DNA of 63,917 nucleotides, filler included, from Octopus bimaculoides (GCF_001194135.2; 7 parts of 5 records of this genome joined end to end with filler, not necessarily neighbours in it), one strand, 5' to 3'; positions 51,780-63,282 are shown, numbered from the whole stretch's first letter. Notes: generated by a model not told the origin, from the sequence alone. Numbers and translations: made by a program.

Positions 51780-52120
51780 ATTCGGTTCCTCAAGTTACTG
51801 GCGTTTATTCAGGTCGTTCGAGCTGTATGAGATCGTGTGTTGCCTTGCTTATTTCCTTTTAAGATATGATGAGTATTTTTGCGGCACAATGGCATATGTC
51901 CACTCCAGCAGTTTGGAGTACAGGTTGTAATGGATAGTCCGACCCTCCAGAAAAAACTCGTAGTGAATTATCCCTTCACAATTCTATTAGATGCCGAGCA
52001 TCATCCTGACAGGTGACAGGTTCTGGAAAATGGCCCTTGCTTAAGCACTGTTTATGCACGTTAATATCGCAGGAAAATATATCCCTCGGAATATTATTTG
52101 TTCCGATCCACGTTTCACTT
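51780..52120 (-). mobile_element. Mariner transposase remnant (catalytic region)
   Basis: KQCLSKGHFPEP / RMMLGI**NCEGIIHYEFFLEGRTIHYNLYSKLLE...QKYSSYLKRK, resembling mariner KVMLCVWWNxEGIIHYELL. Confidence 0.8.
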
Positions 52121-52314
52121 CAAGAGAAGGTGGAAACTTCGAAGTACAAGAACTGGCATCAGCGTGGGATGAAGGAACAGGTAGAAGAGTGGCTCCAGAC
52201 AGCGCAACAAGATGGTCTCTACCTTGAATGCGATACTGCTCTTGTAACTTGAGGAATAAAGCAAATAAGTTACCAAAATAGTACAAAACGTTTTACTCAA
52301 ACAGTAATATTTAT

Positions 52315-52432
52315 AAGGCGGCGAACTGGCAGTATTATTAACACGTTAGACAAAATGCTCTGCTGCATTTTGTCCGTCTTTACATTCTGAGTACAAATCC
52401 TGCCAAGATAGATTTTGCCGTTCATCCTTTTG
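52315..52432 (+). mobile_element. SINE family A, 5' part
   Basis: aaggcggcgaactggcag...tacattctgagtacaaatcctgccaagatagattttgccgttcatcctttt. Confidence 0.8.
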
Positions 52433-52450
52433 GATATATATATATATATA

Positions 52451-52519
<69 letters not shown>

Positions 52520-52525
<6 letters not shown>

Positions 52526-52723
52526 TTACGTGTATAGTTATTTGTGCCTGTGTTTCGGACCTCGTAACACACTAGTTCAGCAGAAGACCCGATAGAATAA
52601 GTACTATGCTTAAAATAAAAGTCCTTGGATCGATTTGTTCGACTAAAAACCCACCTACGTTGTGCCCCAGCATGGTCGAAGTCAAATGACTGAAACACAC
52701 GTAAAATAATAAAATAAAAGAAT
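52520..52723 (+). mobile_element. SINE family B, 3' half
   Basis: gacccgatagaataagtactatgctt...gatcgatttgttcgactaaa...ccagcatggtcgaagtcaaatgactgaaac. Confidence 0.85.
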
Positions 52724-53190
52724 ATGTACACATACATACATACATACATACATACATACATACATAATACATACATACATACATGCATACATACATACAT
52801 ACATACATACATACATACGGTAGATGAAGAAATAAGTATTAGATCGTCAAGTATGACATTTGGACTTAGGTATATGGTAAACTTTGACATCTGCTCATTT
52901 TGCGAAATTTTTAGATTTTGAAAATCTTTATTTTTTGTTAGAAATTTGACCCATCTATTTCTTTATTGTAACTCATTTTGCGCAATCAGACTCTGTAACT
53001 GAAGGTCGCTTCGGTAGGGTACTTTCTCCCCATGCCAAAAGCCCATCTCCTGTATCATAAAATATTACTATGTGCGGAAGAAAAGGGTATCAATCATATT
53101 ATGGTTGTTAGGTTTCTAGTGGTCATATTTTACTTTCCACCTCAGCTTAGGGAAGCATTTTCAATATCGGATATTATGGATATTATATAT

Positions 53191-54086
53191 AGGCGGTCTG
53201 ATCAATATGTATCCGGACAGTTGCCATAGTAACGAAGCTAAATCAGGCAGTGTGAAGCCTCTTAGCACAAACTGCCCGTTGACTCTCCTGTGCATGTGCA
53301 AGCACACTAATTATTAATGTTCTAGCTCACTTCCGCTGTTTACAGCAGTGCTTGAAAGGTATGTAGCGCTTAATATTCACATTGACCATGATAGAGAAAG
53401 TTGTCATGGCGATACCTGCTTAGAGGCGGAGGCAAAGTTGCAGAAATTGTATGGAGAGGAATGTATCAGCCGCACAAAAGTGTACGAGTGTTTCAGACAC
53501 TTCCAAGATAGCCGAAAAAGTGTTAATATTGACGAACCATCTGGAGACCCACAACCAGCAGAACTGAGAAGAACATCGCAGGTGTGCGAGCAGTTGTGAG
53601 GGGAATCGTCGAATCACCATCCGTGAGTTATCAGAGTATGTGCAGATTAGTTACGGTTCAGTTCAGTCCAGTATCACAGGAATTTCGGGAACGAGACTCG
53701 TGTCTGCCAACTTTGTACGAAAATTGCTTTCAGCTGACCAAAAAGACATGCTGATTTCAGTTGCACAAGATCTTCATTCAGACGAGAACGATGACAAGTT
53801 TTTAAAACGTTTGTGTAGGTTTCTGAATAGATATCGCCAAGATTTTAGCAAACTTTTATGCAAATTCTCTGCTCAACTTTCTGTCGTGGTCAATGCCACG
53901 TTGACAGGTTACACACCTTCCTTCCAAGCACCTTTGTAAACAGCGGAAATGAGATAAAATGTTAAAACTTAATGCGCTTGCACAATAGCGATCACCAACA
54001 ATTTGTGCCGAACGGCTTCACTGTGCATGCCTTAGCTTCGTTATAACGGCAACAGTCTGGATACTTATTTATCAGAATATCTGTAC
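53191..54086 (+). mobile_element. Second copy of the inverted-arm non-autonomous mariner
   Basis: Colinear with 27954-28851 throughout: same termini, same left-arm deletion (gagaaagttgtcatgg), same ttttaaaa junction to the inverted 5' end. Confidence 0.9.
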
Positions 54087-54423
54087 GTATATATGCATAT
54101 ACTCATTTATTATTTGTTTATATATNNNNNNNNNNNNNNNNNNNNNNNNNNNNNNNNNNNNNNNNNNNNNNNNNNNNNNNNNNNNNNNNNNNNNNNNNNN
54201 NNNNNNNNNNNNNNNNNNNNNNNNNNNNNNNNNNNNNNNNNNNNNNNNNNNNNNNNNNNNNNNNNNNNNNNNNNNNNNNNNNNNNNNNNNNNNNNNNNNN
54301 NNNNNNNNNNNNNNNNNNNNNNNNNNNNNNNNNNNNNNNNNNNNNNNNNNNNNNNNNNNNNNNNNNNNNNNNNNNNNNNNNNNNNNNNNNNNNNNNNNNN
54401 NNNNNNNNNNNNNNNNNNNNNNN

Positions 54424-54461
<38 letters not shown>

Positions 54462-55149
54462 AGTTTGTATGTATATTCAGCTCGAGTAGCAAGAAAGGGT
54501 ACTGAGCTAATTAGAATTCATATAGAAGCTGAAACGTTTTAAGATTGTCGCAAAACATTTTGAGTCAGTACGTTTATACTTAGAGAGCACTAAGGAAAAA
54601 TAATTAAATGCAATACTAATTACATCTTCTATACATCTTCAATATATGTAAACTCAGAATTCTATACTGAACTACAGAATGGAAGCTTTAAACTCTATCG
54701 CATCTTTAATATGTGTTCTAATTTCATGAATTTCATAGGAATTGTGGCTATAAAATCAAGAAGTTGAGTCTAAGGCAAAATATATGAAAACGAAGTCTAA
54801 TTGTACTATGTATTTTTTTTTACTTAAGATGACGCAGAGTCACAGTTTATACTTTTTGTAGTTTTCTAGGTGTATAAAATGTGTTCTACAGCAAAAAAAC
54901 GTCGAACAGTACATTGCGCAAAGAGAATAAAATACAATTTACCGTTTTTCCCTAACTAATCACACCGAAGACATCTGATCTAAAGCGAAAAATGCAGAAC
55001 ATTATTATTTTTTTTTTTTGAAGCGAAGTATAACTATAACTTCATAATATTACCTAAAGAATATTAGTCTACCAACATGTTTCCCGCATGATATACCTTC
55101 ACATACATACATACATACATACATACATACATACATACATACATACATA

Positions 55150-55558
55150 GGCGTAGGAATGGCTGTGTGGTAAGTAGCTTGCTTACCAACCACATGGTCC
55201 CGGGTTCAGTCCCACTGCGTGGCACCTCGGGTAAGTGTCTTCTACTATAGCCTCGGGCCGACCAAAGCCTTGTGAGTGGATTTGGTAGACGGAAACTGAA
55301 AGAAGCCCGTCGTATATATGTATATATATGTGTATGTGTGTATGTGTTGGTGTGTCTCTGTTTGTCCCACCAACATCGCTTGACAACCGATGCTGGTGTG
55401 TTTATGTCCCCGTAACTTAGCGGTTCGGCAAAAGAGACCGATAGAATAAGTACTAGGCTTCTAAAGAATAAGTCCTGGGGTCGATTTGCTCGACTAAAGG
55501 CGGTGCTCCAGCATGGCCACAGTCAAAAGACTGAAACTAGTAAAAGAGTAAAAGAGTA
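55150..55558 (+). mobile_element. SINE family B, full-length reference copy inserted in a (TACA)n tract
   Basis: A-box-like tggctgtgtgg, B-box-like gggttcagtccc, internal (TA/TG) tract at about 55312-55345, tail of taaaagag repeats. Confidence 0.93.
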
Positions 55559-55749
55559 TACATACATATATACATACATGCATACATACATGCATACATA
55601 CATACATATATANNNNNNNNNNNNNNNNNNNNNNNNNNNNNNNNNNNNNNNNNNNNTTAATTAATTAANNNNNNNNNNNNNNNNNNNNNNNNNNNNNNNN
55701 NNNNNNNNNNNNTATATATATATATATTTTTTTTTTCTTTTTTTTACAG

Positions 55750-56359
55750 ACAATCTTTGTGATGCCCTCCTCCAGTGCTCGATGCTCCCAGCTTCCTAGG
55801 GCTATTGACAAGGTTCCGTTTTATGTGGCGCTGAGGAGGCTGCGGGACTTCTTGGTTGGAAAGATTAAGACGCTCGATGACAGCGAGGTCTGCTTCCCTG
55901 ATCTCGAGCTGAAGGTGAAGACGGAGAAGACCGACAAAGCAGAGAAGACCCCTAGTAGCAAGAAACTGAAGACCCCCAAGATAGAAAACCCTACCTACCC
56001 ATTGCCCCCTCAGGGTTCAACTTCAAGTTCATCTTACGTGAAGCCCGAACCGATGTATAACACGGATGATTATGGTCAGATGCCTATGGGCCGGGGCTTA
56101 AGTGCTGGTGTAGGGCAAGGCCCAGAGAAGGGGTCTGAATTTGCTGGTGCACCCACTGGCACCGCCGTGTTGTCCCCCTCTGCCTGTGCGCCGCCGCCCT
56201 CCACGTCGACTACTCCGCCCACGTCCACCGCTCCGAGTTTCCAAGCCATGCCATTCGATATGCTGTCCCCGCCACCGCCCAACCAGCCTGTCCCCGTCGG
56301 TATGTCCCAGTATACCAACTACCCACAGGCGTCGTACGATGATTACCTTCCCTTCCCCA
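55750..56359 (+). CDS. TDG: Coding exon of G/T mismatch-specific thymine DNA glycosylase (TDG/Thd1): end of catalytic domain plus Pro/Ser-rich C-terminal tail; 3' end lost in a gap
   Basis: Polypyrimidine tract and acceptor (ttttttacag|ACA) then open frame [37 protein letters not shown], matching the TDG signature (human [35 protein letters not shown], containing intercalating Arg275). No stop for about 203 codons up to the N gap at 56360. Upstream exons not seen. Confidence 0.93.
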
Positions 56360-56619
56360 NNNNNNNNNNNNNNNNNNNNNNNNNNNNNNNNNNNNNNNNN
56401 NNNNNNNNNNNNNNNNNNNNNNNNNNNNNNNNNNNNNNNNNNNNNNNNNNNNNNNNNNNNNNNNNNNNNNNNNNNNNNNNNNNNNNNNNNNNNNNNNNNN
56501 NNNNNNNNNNNNNNNNNNNNNNNNNNNNNNNNNNNNNNNNNNNNNNNNNNNNNNNNNNNNNNNNNNNNNNNNNNNNNNNNNNNNNNNNNNNNNNNNNNNN
56601 NNNNNNNNNNNNNNNNNNN

Positions 56620-56668
<49 letters not shown>

Positions 56669-57228
56669 ATATATATGTATATATATATGTATATATATAT
56701 ATATGTATATATATATATGTATATATATAAATATATATGTATATGTATATTTGTACATCTATATGTGTGTGTATGTATATATATATATATGTATATATAT
56801 GTATATGTGCATATATATAAACATGTATATGTATGTACATATATATGTATATTTGTGTGTGTGTATATACACATATATATATATATATATATATATGTAC
56901 ATACACACGCACACACACAGTGGTATCACGCAGATTAAAGATTAGTGTATTAATCATTTGATCATTAATTATTTCCATTTAATCATCAAAGTAGGGTGGA
57001 AAGTAAATTTTCTATTCTTTTAAATGTGAAAATTTTAAATTAGCTTAATGCAATAACTGATAGTATCATTGAGACCACAAAATTTAGCATCATTTAAGGA
57101 CCTTTAAAGCTTAATTTTTTTTTCACACCAAAATGGGTATTTGTGCATTGAAGATTGAGAAGACTAACTCAATGTAGTGGTGGTACTTTGTCAGGTACCA
57201 AGTGGTTTTTATATCAGAATCATGTCTA

Positions 57229-57411
57229 TACAGTACTGAAAATTTCCTGGCTTTAAGAGGTATTATGAAAGGACTGGTTGGAGGCCTTCCTAGTTCTTTT
57301 AGAGGGCTTAGAAAAACCGTAGGACTACTGCAATAAGTGTGTGAATCTGAGAGGGGAATATGTTGAAAAAAATCGTACCCAAAGCCAGGAACTTTTCAAC
57401 GACCCCTTGTA
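57229..57411 (+). mobile_element. Mariner-derived MITE
   Basis: Imperfect TIRs tgaaaatttcctggcttt / aaagccaggaacttttca, TA ends; interior encodes a mariner C-terminus (NKCVNLRGEYVEK). Confidence 0.75.
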
Positions 57412-58257
57412 AGTCATCTACATGGCTAGGGAAGTTGCAGAAATTAAGTTTTTGACTCCACTGACAATAGCTAATTCTTATGTGTCTGAGTGAACTAAAA
57501 GAGGGCTCGTTGTTTTTTCTGAAAAATATACTAGTATTTAGTTGCACAAATCCAAACTATATCGGTCAATTTTTGGTGGTAATTATACCAACCTAGAAGT
57601 GCTATTTCTTTTGAATGCCAGACGAGAATGATTGCTCAACACCACATTGGTGGATAGAATATCTTTATTTGTGTATCAAGGGCTACCATTGGTTTCATGT
57701 TGAGAAAATTATCTTAACAATTTTTTAAGCCGACCACATGGAGGAATGGTGTTTGTCTCTATTTTGGATGCAAACACTAATGCCACCTGTCCCACCAGGA
57801 TAGTTTCCTTCTCTGAACGTCAACATTGAATATATGCATACATACATACATACATACATNNNNNNNNNNNNNNNNNNNNNNNNNNNNNNNNNNNNNNNNN
57901 NNNNNNNNNNNNNNNNNNNNNNNNNNNNNNNNNNNNNNNNNNNNNNNNNNNNNNNNNNNAAAATGCAAAAGTATCGCCTTATCCCTTTAGTTTTCTTATT
58001 CTATCTTAGCACCACTTACCCTTTTCTGTACTTATTAACCCCGCTTCACATCCCCCAAAACCCTCATTAATTCTGAATTGTAGCTTTAACATTTACCTTC
58101 ATTTTGTAATTACTTTTCTTACAAGACTCGGGTTAAGAACCTCTGGTATAAAGCTTAGATATTATTATCATGTAAAGACAAACATCTTTTACAGTTAATA
58201 GATTATAAACAAGTTTGATCCATAATTTTCATATATATGAAATAAAGTGAGGATCTA

Positions 58258-58487
58258 TTAGGTTGGTGCATAATTATTGTGGCTTTTTTTCAATAAATTT
58301 TATTCTGCAAAAGGCAATAACAATATTTAAGAAAACCATCTTTAAATGGCGGGTCTGATCGTCTGCCAAGCAAATGGGAGACGGTAATTGAAGTAGATGG
58401 TGAATATGCTCCGGAATAATCATTTAAAGATGTTTTTGTTGAATAAAATTTGTTGCAAAAAGCCGCAATAATTAGGCACCAACCCAA
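58258..58487 (+). mobile_element. Mariner MITE with Hsmar1/MADE1-like TIRs, 230 bp
   Basis: TA-ttaggttggtgcataattattgtggcttttt ... aaaaagccgcaataattaggcaccaacccaa-TA; interior RLPSKWETVIEVDGEYAPE* is a mariner C-terminus. Confidence 0.9.
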
Positions 58488-58499
58488 TAGTTGTTCTTT

Positions 58500-58790
58500 T
58501 TTCATTTGCAAAATACAAATTAGCTGAGAACATTGAGTAATGTCAGACGATTCGTCACACTGGAAAGTAAAAACAGGAGAATCTCTTACTTGGTCGAGAA
58601 TTCGATCATTGGTGTCTTGAGACAAAGTCGTCGATCTTTCTTCCCTTGACTGTATGGATTGATGGTGAAATCTGAGAAAGCTTGTTTGCACTCTCTTTCA
58701 CCAGAACGAGTTCTGCTGCATGGAGAAGACTTGGTTTTTATGAGAGATTCTCCGATGTTATGGGTCTTCTTGCTCTTTGCAATCCACAAA
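58500..58790 (-). mobile_element. hAT (Buster-type) transposase fragment, inverted copy of 60485-60760
   Basis: Reverse complement roughly 95% identical by eye to the + copy (IAKSKKTHNIGESLIK...QCDESSDI). Confidence 0.85.
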
Positions 58791-60214
58791 ATGCAGAAAA
58801 TGAAACAAATCTGGACGACCTCCCCGAGTGGGGAACGGTTTTTAAAAATAAACTCCAATAGTTTTTCCCCCAAAAGTCTTGACGAATATATTCGATTTAG
58901 ATTCATGTCCTTCCAAAACAGTGACCCATTNNNNNNNNNNNNNNNNNNNNNNNNNNNNNNNNNNNNNNNNNNNNNNNNNNNNNNNNNNNNNNNNNNNNNN
59001 NNNNNNNNNNNNNNNNNNNNNNNNNNNNNNNNNNNNNNNNNNNNNNNNNNNNNNNNNNNNNNNNNNNNNNNNNNNNNNNNNNNNNNNNNNNNNNNNNNNN
59101 NNNNNNNNNNNNNNNNNNNNNNNNNNNNNNNNNNNNNNNNNNNNNNNNNNNNNNNNNNNNNNNNNNNNNNNNNNNNNNNNNNNNNNNNNNNNNNNNNNNN
59201 NNNNNNNNNNNNNNNNNNNNNNNNNNNNNNNNNNNNNNNNNNNNNNNNNNNNNNNNNNNNNNNNNNNNNNNNNNNNNNNNNNNNNNNNNNNNNNNNNNNN
59301 NNNNNNNNNNNNNNNNNNNNNNNNNNNNNNNNNNNNNNNNNNNNNNNNNNNNNNNNNNNNNNNNNNNNNNNNNNNNNNNNNNNNNNNNNNNNNNNNNNNN
59401 NNNNNNNNNNNNNNNNNNNNNNNNNNNNNNNNNNNNNNNNNNNNNNNNNNNNNNNNNNNNNNNNNNNNNNNNNNNNNNNNNNNNNNNNNNNNNNNNNNNN
59501 NNNNNNNNNNNNNNNNNNNNNNNNNNNNNNNNNNNNNNNNNNNNNNNNNNNNNNNNNNNNNNNNNNNNNNNNNNNNNNNNNNNNNNNNNNNNNNNNNNNN
59601 NNNNNNNNNNNNNNNNNNNNNNNNNNNNNNNNNNNNNNNNNNNNNNNNNNNNNNNNNNNNNNNNNNNNNNNNNNNNNNNNNNNNNNNNNNNNNNNNNNNN
59701 NNNNNNNNNNNNNNNNNNNNNNNNNNNNNNNNNNNNNNNNNNNNNNNNNNNNNNNNNNNNNNNNNNNNNNNNNNNNNNNNNNNNNNNNNNNNNNNNNNNN
59801 NNNNNNNNNNNNNNNNNNAAACACAGATTGGAAAAATAAATAATTTTAACAATAAAACCGAAATTTTTAATATTAAATGTTTGTTAAAAATATAGTAAAT
59901 TTTTTTGTTAGACAAAAAATTACAATTTAAACAGATTTAAATATTACACAAAATACTAGGTGAAACTAAAAGCGATGCAAAATCTTCTCATTTTTACAGA
60001 AACTTCTTTTTATATTTTCCTGCAAATAAATGCAATATTTTATTGTACAAATTTTTCATATAACTTTTCTTTTCATTTAACTTTTATTTCAAATTATTTT
60101 GTTTCAGTTTTTTTTTCAGAACTTTTTCCTCCAAGCATTTTAACTTGGGCCTTCACATTACCCTTACACGTGCCTTATCTTTTGTTCACATATTTGTGTT
60201 GTCCGCTGCACATC

Positions 60215-60768
60215 AAATAGTTTGCAATGAGTGCAAAGAAAAGGAAGCATCTTGAGGAATATATTCGATTTAGATTCATGTCCTTCCAAAACAGTGACCC
60301 ATTTTGTGATATGTTACAAAACTTTGAGTAATGATGGGATGCGACCCTCATGCTTGGAAAACCCACTTGAGGACAACACATCCTGCTCTTGCAGACAAAA
60401 AGAAACTCCCTGAAGCAAGCTATAGTGGGGCATTTCGCCAAAAAACTTCAAAGGTTGTTGAGGCTTCCTATGAGATCGCCATGGGGATTGCAAAGAGCAA
60501 GAAGACCCATAACATCGGAGAATCTCTCATAAAACCAAGTCTTCTCCGTGCAGCAGAATTCGTTCTGGTGAAAGAGAGTGCAAACAAGCCTTCTCAGATT
60601 TCACCATCAAACCATACAGTCAAGGGAAGAAGGATCGACGACTTGTCTCAAGACACCAATGATCAAATTCTCGACCAAGTAAGAGATTCTCCTGTTTTTA
60701 CCTTCCAGTGTGACGAATCGTCTGATATCGCTCAGTGTTTTCAGCTACTTGTATTAGACATTCAGTAA
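60215..60768 (+). mobile_element. Decayed hAT transposase of the Buster/ZBED8/SCAND3 type (BED finger to first catalytic Asp)
   Basis: EEYIRFRFMSF, ICYKTLSNDGMRPSCL, HLRTTHPALADK, EASYEIAMGIAKSKKTHNIGESLIKPSLLRAAE, RRIDDLSQD...FTFQCDESSDIAQCFQLLV; frameshifts present. Confidence 0.88.
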
Positions 60769-60859
60769 TTTGTTGTACAAGGGAAGCAACGTCAGCTGAA
60801 TGCGTGTGTGCTGACACACACGCATTCATACGATTTACTACTGTATATCGGAGCTATGT

Positions 60860-62405
60860 TTGCAACCACATCGAGAACTTTCCCTAACCACACCATGCAT
60901 AAACAGACAGTTAACTCAAACTTCAGCACTACACAATGGAAGGAACTAGCAGAACTTCAAAATAATGAAGATATAACGACGATTAAGGAAGCAGATAAAG
61001 GAAGTGCAGTTGTAATAATGGACAGATTATACTATAGAAATCTAGTAATCTCTATGCTTGATGACATTCAACACTATGAAAAAAGTCACAAACTACACCC
61101 CGCGGAAAACTAATGAAAACTCTGTCCTCACTAATTTAAAACCCATAGAAATGAACTGACAACCAAAGAGATTGATTTTCTAACAAACTTTAAATGCAAA
61201 CCTAGCCTTTTCTATGGTCTGCCAAAAATACACAAAAGCCAGATTATAAATGAAACCATTAAAAAATCACCAAAGACGTACATACATACACCAAACCCGG
61301 GGGACCTAAAACTACGACCCATTATAGCTGGCCCAGCCTGTGAAACACACAGACTAAGTCTATTTATGGACATCCTCCTAAAACCCTTCCTTAAACACAT
61401 CAATAGCCATATCAGAGATGACTTGGATATGTTAAATCACCTCCCAAAAAAAGTCAAGGAAGAAACAATCATGGTTTCATTTGATGTGATTAATTTATAT
61501 ACCAATATACCTCATAATTATGGACGAGAGGCAATTCAGTTCAAGAAATCCCAAACAGGATCACTAAAGAATTCATAACTAAATTGGTTGAATTCATCTT
61601 ACGAAACAACCACTTCATGTTTGACAATACGTTTTACCAACAAAAATCCGGAATTGCTATGGGCACAAAGGCAGTTCCAGTCATTCCGAACCTAACAATG
61701 GGTTACTTGGAAGTAATAATATACCAGGAATCTTTATCTACCTTTGGAAACTCCCTTTCCCAATACATAAAAGAAAATTGGAAAACATTCCTCGACGACT
61801 GTTTCATACTCTGGAATGAAAACACAAATAAACTCCTGAAATTCAAAAGTCTATTGAACAGTGTCAACCCAAACATACAGTTCACAATGGAGTACAACCA
61901 AAAGGAGCTCCCATTCTTGGATATACTAATTAAAAAGAAACAAACTAAAAATAGAAACGGACATATTTTACAAAACCACAGACGCCAAACAATATCTACT
62001 ATTTGATTCATGCCACCCAAGACACACCAAAACAAACATCCCCTTCGACCTTGCAAGAAGGATATGCACAATAGTGTCAGAACAAAATACCAGAGACCTT
62101 CAACTGCAAGAACTCAAAAATACCCTAATTGACAGACACTACCCAGTTCAACTCATAGAGGATGGAATCAGACGTGCATCACAAATCGACATAGAAAGAT
62201 TAAGAAAAGTTCAACACAGCAACACACCTTCCCCGAAAATACTGCCTTACATATCCACATACAACTCCAGAAACAAAGAAGCCTTCACCATCATCACCCA
62301 AAATTTACCAATGCTATATAAGGACCCCAAATTAAAGGAAATTTTACACACACTTAGAATCATTAAAAGCTACAAACAACCAAAATCACTAAAAAAGATC
62401 CTCCG
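60860..62405 (+). mobile_element. Penelope-like element reverse transcriptase remnant
   Basis: IKEADKGSAVVIMD, FYGLPKIHK, LRPIIAGPAC, VSFDVINLYTNIPH, FYQQKSGIAMGT, FLDDCFILW, IQFTMEYNQKELPFLDILI and SCHPRHTKTNIP in order, broken by stops and frameshifts; GIY-YIG end not present. Confidence 0.93.
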
Positions 62406-62593
62406 CATCATTATCATCATCATCATCATCGTTTAACGTCCGCTTTCCATGCTAGCATGGGTTGGACGATTTGACTGAGGACTGGTGAAACCGGATGGCT
62501 ACACCAGGCTCCAATTTGATCTGGCAGAGTTTCTACAGCTGGATGCCCTTCCTAACGCCAACCACTCAGAGAGTGTAGTGGGTGCTTTTACGT
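62406..62593 (-). mobile_element. RTE-type retroposon/SINE 3' tail beginning with (CAT)n on the + strand
   Basis: catcatcatcgtttaacgtccgctttccatgctagcatgggttggacg...ggatgcccttcctaacgccaacc; homologous to 63283-63500. Family and orientation inferred. Confidence 0.7.
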
Positions 62594-62693
62594 NNNNNNN
62601 NNNNNNNNNNNNNNNNNNNNNNNNNNNNNNNNNNNNNTTAATTAATTAANNNNNNNNNNNNNNNNNNNNNNNNNNNNNNNNNNNNNNNNNNNN

Positions 62694-62737
<44 letters not shown>

Positions 62738-63282
62738 TGGTGTGGAGAGGAGAGGCTGGTATGCATGGACCACTGCTGGTCCTCCATAAACCACCTTACC
62801 TGGACTTGTGCCTCAGAGAAGAACTAAGTGCAATTCCATGGTTGTTCGTGACCGAAGGGAGTCTTTACCCTTTTTTTACATCTGACAGAGTAATTTGAAT
62901 GCTAAGGAGTTAAAACTACCTTCATGATTATTTTGAGAACATTTTCTTAAATCATAAGAACATTTGTCTTAAACTATATTCCAAACACTCACTGGATTAT
63001 GTTAAAGTTAATCACTTTATTAAATGCTGTCAAATTCATTTAAACATCAGCGTGTTTCATATGAAATATGGCCAGTAACAAAATAGGTTATGGCAGTTTT
63101 TTCTTATGAGAGTAATAGGGATCTAGAGAATGGGGAGAGAAAGTTGTGAAGTGTAGAAAATGGGGCAGACAAATTGTAAGGTTTAATACAAATTACAATG
63201 ATTTTAAATATCTTAACCCTTTGGTATTCAGATTAATCAGTCAAATGTAATTCTAATTTATTCACATTGTTTTCAATTAACC

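Noticed and set aside
52013-52252. ORF 52013-52252 and a neighbouring-frame FTSREGG resembling TDG EFREGG
   Set aside because: No FNGK follows, no acceptor, and it overlaps the antisense of a mariner remnant.
60331-60768. Domesticated ZBED8/SCAND3-like host gene
   Set aside because: Frameshifted, truncated just after the first catalytic Asp, and duplicated nearby; best read as a dead hAT.
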